From contig CDRNST010000006.1 of NCBI GenBank assembly GCA_977016875.1, positions 4,278,001 to 4,342,000 of the forward strand: a DNA stretch of 64,000 nucleotides. Reading direction: 5' to 3'. Both the position numbers and the translations under genes were made by a program. The first letter of the stretch is position 1. Each line of letters begins with the position of its first letter. Shown here in pieces: positions 59,721 to 64,000 of the stretch. Origin of the DNA: Pavona decussata (taxonomy: Eukaryota). The notes below the pieces were generated by a model. The model saw only the letters and a list, made by a program, of their open reading frames with translations. It made no database searches and was not told the origin of the DNA.

Positions 59721-62134
59721 TTTTCACTAATAACATCTTACTCGTCTTCTTGGCCAATGGTGGGCTCAAAAGAAGTACAGGCGCTCTCTGGCTCGCTATC
59801 TGCTATCGGGGTCTCAATCTGTGGGAACTGTTTTTCTGGCGAGTCAGAAGCGGGGATTGCCTGCTGGCTTCCTCCCTCTCAAGATTTGAAACATGTGCTG
59901 CATCATCTGTATCACATTAAAAGCATATTTAAGTTAAACGTAATGGATTTTTTTTCTTTGACACACGCGATTAAGTAAAATCGCTGGTTAGGCTGCTTGG
60001 CTATCGTACGCGTCAGGTGACTTGTGAAATCCAGGCGGGCATTTCATCTTTTTATTCCAGTTTTAGAAATGTCACACTAACGTGAATCGTGCTACTGGGG
60101 GAGGCATTTTTTAGAGTAACAATACTCGAGGGCTGTTTTCAGTGTATTAGCTATAATGTTAGGAACACGTACCAGTCAACCGTAATATTTTGGTAGGGAC
60201 AACAGTGTTGGTGTCCCACTGGAGTTCAACGTCTTCTCCTTCTTTAATTGTTCCTCTAAGTATTTTTGTTGTTGGGGCGCTCCCCACCTTGTGCTATTCG
60301 GGAAACAAAAAAATTCCATATTTCATTTTTTTCGTGATCTCTCTTAGACTCATCTGGCAAAAACAAAGACAACGATAAGTGTTGAATTATAACTGGATAT
60401 TTATTCTTAATCGCAACTATTTTTCAGAATAAGGTAAAGATTGGCAGTTCAAGAAGACCCAGAGTGAAAAGGTTGCGGGAGAACAGGCTTGGAGCCCTAA
60501 CCCTGGCTCGCTTTCCTAGATCCCCCACTAAAACTTATTTTGTAACTTCGTTTCTGCAAACGACCTGTACAGACTAATTAATCCACAAAAAATTTTGAAG
60601 GCCATTTTCTTTTGTCGCCGGGAGTGTAGACACTAAGACGGAATGTTTTGAAAATGAACATGTTATCACGAGAATGTGCACATGTATTAAACTTTAGTTT
60701 TATGTTAATGAATTAGTGTGGATAGGACGTAATCTTCTTGTAAAGTAATCCCCATATCGCCTAAGCTCGCCCTAGCCCAAGGTAATTTCCTACAAATTAA
60801 GACTCTGACTAATTAAAAAGAGGCTCTGTTGGTTTTGCCAAGACTGATTTCTTGAAGGGTGCCTTATAGCATGGATCAGGCTGTGCATTTCTTGGGTTAA
60901 GCTCAATGTCTTTACTGCCTTTTCAATTTAGAATTTATGGCACATTTAAACTAGCCTGCAACATTTCTAGAAAAATTTAATAAATTCAGATCAATGCTTA
61001 TTGGATTGGTGTGAAAGCAATGCAACCATATATGTAGGACTTTTCTTTTTCCTCAAAATAACGGGCACCTGAATTAATGTTTGGCAGTTCTAAATGCGAC
61101 CTCTCACAGCAACTTGTAATTTTAGATTGGCCAGTTGCAAAGGAAGCCATCAGAAAGTTATCGCAAAGTAGTAAACAAACTTTATCCAAGTTGCAACTGT
61201 TCAACGTGCAGCTCTGTAACATGCTGTTCTCGTAAGCATGGTTGTGGTCTTGGAGAGATCATGACATGCCCCAGTGATACATGTATGATGTCATCCACAA
61301 TAAGAGCATAAGACATGATGTGTCAGGGACAATAATAATTAATCACAATTTTCACTTCCCCGAATATTGACAACTAAATGAACATTATTACACGTGCCTT
61401 GGTAAAGAATTCGATTTGAAGCTCACCAGCCTCGTAAGACCTGTGACTTTCTTTTTAAGAATTTTTCCAATTAATGAACTTTTAAGAATGTCCTTGAAAT
61501 CTCAGAAACTGTAGGAAAGGGCAATTTTATATGTCTGCACTAAACCATGTATTATTAATAATATTTATTTAAAAATACGCTGTATTTGTTGACCTGCTTA
61601 AGGAAGATTTTTAAACTACTGAAATTATATGTAATATACAGGGAATCATTAAATAAACATTAATGGCAAAGAAGAATACCTGAGAGAGAGAGAGGCCACA
61701 CGTATATTCTGCCTGTCTGCTGCTCTTTGCTGCCCTTTTCGTTCCTTTGCAGTAACTTGAGAAACTCCCTGACAGTTTTCTGGCCCATAGTCAGACATTA
61801 CATCATTCAACTTGTCAAGGCTTCCTACACAATATGCAAACAAACCCAGAGAGCCCAACAGCTCTTCACAATTTCGCATTTCACAATGCAAATTAACAAG
61901 CTTGTACAGTCAACTCTCCTTAAGACAAGCAGCACTGTACACTTGGCAACATGGACATAGTTAGCTACTCCCTAACCGGTCAAATCTGACTTGTTTTTCT
62001 GTGATAGATAGAGGAATAGGACAGAAAGCCACAGCTGTTCCCAAGGATGTGCAGCTTAGAAATAATTTACTGTAGCTCTAATCTTAGCATTATAAAGTTC
62101 AATCAGTTTATTGCCACAGCCACAGTCAGCCACT

Positions 62135-62352
62135 GCCGTGTGCTGAATTATACGCCTCCTGGTGTGGGATTTCTGGATTGGCATATGGAGTTACGAGGAA
62201 TGGGGAGCATGCATATCCGCTGCCTCCTAGAATGATGCCATCATCAAGAGAGTTATGGTTCTCTTCCAGAAACTGACATATATTAGTTGACCGAAAAATG
62301 TGGCTGTCATGGCAGCTTCCAGGTCATCTTGCAACAATATTTGTAAACTGCC
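62135..62352 (-). pseudogene. Harbinger (HARBI1-like) transposase exon fragment
   Basis: Manual translation gives QFTNIVAR*PGSCHDSHIF..GIILGGSGYACSPFLVTPY..QEAYNSAH, preceded by an AG acceptor. The catalytic Asp of GDSGY is lost. Confidence 0.8.
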
Positions 62353-62629
62353 CTGTTAAATTAACAGAAAATAAAGTTGTACCTTAGAGGGAAGCAGAAA
62401 TATTTTCTACTATTACAAAATTTATAAGTAACACCTGCAAAATAATAAAATTACCAGTAAACGTACAAAAGAACTATTTTGGTTTATCGACTGAGCTGAT
62501 AAAGAATTCAAGCAATTTATAGAGGTAAGGTTGCAGACTGTTGTTATCCCTAAGTATGATTATATGACTTTCTTGAAGCATGCAATTTCAAGTCAAGCTT
62601 ATCATAATTATATACTTAAAAACAGAGGA

Positions 62630-62775
62630 CTCGTTGGCCAGCAAAGTTCATTTTTGTGGGTTAGACTTGTGAACCGCATCACTGTGTTGGATGGCTGTGG
62701 GTTTGAATCCCATCTGGGGCTCAGATTTTTACTGTGCCCTCTTATGGTTGATTCTTTACATCTCCCTTTATTTCC
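62630..62775 (+). mobile_element. Degenerate tRNA-derived SINE head
   Basis: B-box-like GGTTTGAATCCC followed by ATCTGGGGCTCAGATTTTT. The A-box is poor and there is no cloverleaf. Confidence 0.4.
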
Positions 62776-63790
62776 TTTATAATATATTATACTCCATGAC
62801 ATTGGTTGGAGGCTCCTTCCTGGGTGAGACAATTCTTGCTACTGATGTGACTGCGATGCAGTTAAGCCTTAATGTGTTGCTTGTGATGGACTGTGTGATA
62901 TGGCTTGCAAGTCCAACCACAAAAATGACCCTTGCCCCTCAGGTAATTTTTCTTTTTCTTTTGTTTCAACTTTATTAGCATGCATTAACATATTAAAAAG
63001 ACCAAAAAACATTACCTGAGATGAAAAATTAACAACAACATGTGCCCCAGAAGCACTGGGGAAGTGCTTAGCCTATAGTGAAATATGTAATACCTGTAAA
63101 AGTGCAAAGTCTTTGACTATGTTAAAGATTAAAGCAAGTGTTTTATCATTACACATTACATTTGTTAGATTGAAATAGATTTCTTGTCTCTCAATTAGTA
63201 TTTTGCCCTTGGCTTGGATTTGTAGCTACATTTGTTAAATTTATCTGTCGTCCCCACTCTAAAAAAACTGACCAACATTTTCACTTCTTCCTGTACTTGC
63301 CCCCCCCCCCCCCCCCACCCCTTGCCCCTCTGGGTTTACATTGTGCATTGATGTAGGTTCATGACTAAAAACACTTTATAACGTTTTTTTTCTGCTGCGG
63401 AACAAAATGTAATTTTGCCAGTAAAGGTAAGAGAAAATGAACTCACTCAAATACACATTATTACTGGTAGAATTGAAAAAAAAAAATGCTCAGTCTGCCA
63501 GTTGTTCTCATGGTTTCGTCGGTTTGCAGTTGTTCATCTAAACTTAATTTCATGCAAGCAACCAGCAGTCGATTACTAGTATCTAAAGGCTCCTGAACCA
63601 ACGATCATATGGTTTGTATGAAATATTGAGTCAAACTGGGTGTGTGAGATGGGCTGTGCAGAAATTGTACTCACTTTTCCATACATGTTTCTGTTTCAGA
63701 TCTTTGTCCAAACAATTTTTAGAATAACCAAAAGGACGTAAAAGCAGCAATTTTGTAACAATCGTGATGAAGAGAACAAGACTTAAATTT

Positions 63791-63831
63791 AAAAGACATG
63801 TTTCGGCAACCCCTGTGCCATCGTCAGTTTA
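63791..63831 (-). ncRNA. Minimal type I hammerhead ribozyme motif (Penelope-type)
   Basis: The minus strand reads AAA-CUGACGA-u-GGCA caggggu UGCC-GAAA-CAU-GUC-UUU: intact core, stem II, palindromic ACAUGU stem III and a GUC site. Confidence 0.6.
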
Positions 63832-64000
63832 CGGATGGAATAACATTGATGAACAATATATAGCGGAAAATTAGAATAACAGTAGTATGATACAACAACT
63901 AATTACAAAGAAAGATTAAGATTTGCATGAAACAATTGTTGATTTAGGGAGGATTTCTCCCAGTGAATATGCACTGCCTCCTTGATTTTTAATTGTGTCC

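Noticed and set aside
62630-62730. tRNA gene
   Set aside because: Only a B-box-like motif is present, with no acceptor stem or cloverleaf. It is treated as a SINE relic.

Overview
This is eukaryotic, intron-containing, AT-rich DNA made almost entirely of nested transposable elements. No intact host gene was recognised. The repeat repertoire suggests a cnidarian, probably a stony coral, but that is inference. From left to right it contains: a dead protein-kinase ORF; two Sola3-type TTAA elements with ~0.7 and ~1.25 kb TIRs; a complete PAT-like (DIRS order) tyrosine-recombinase retrotransposon with split direct repeats, whose gag is interrupted by a young BEL/Pao LTR element (5-bp TSD); two ISL2EU (PIF/Harbinger-related) elements, each with convergent THAP-DDE transposase and SAP-SWIM-YqaJ genes; an L2-type LINE stub; several MITEs; a full-length decayed AcademX; a second kinase copy; a rearranged Penelope element; a Sola2-like transposase pseudogene; and Harbinger and BEN-domain remnants. 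Bases 52265-53412 are an 'empty-site' paralog of 28005-41260, which confirms three insertion boundaries. The most novel-looking signals are: (1) an in-frame gag-UGA-CUAG-pol junction in the PAT-like element with no ATG before the RT active site, suggesting stop-codon readthrough; (2) a BEL element with no tRNA-type PBS but a short complementarity to its own LTR; (3) kinase and BEN-domain ORFs that may be transposon cargo. All alignments were made by eye and no database searches were run.
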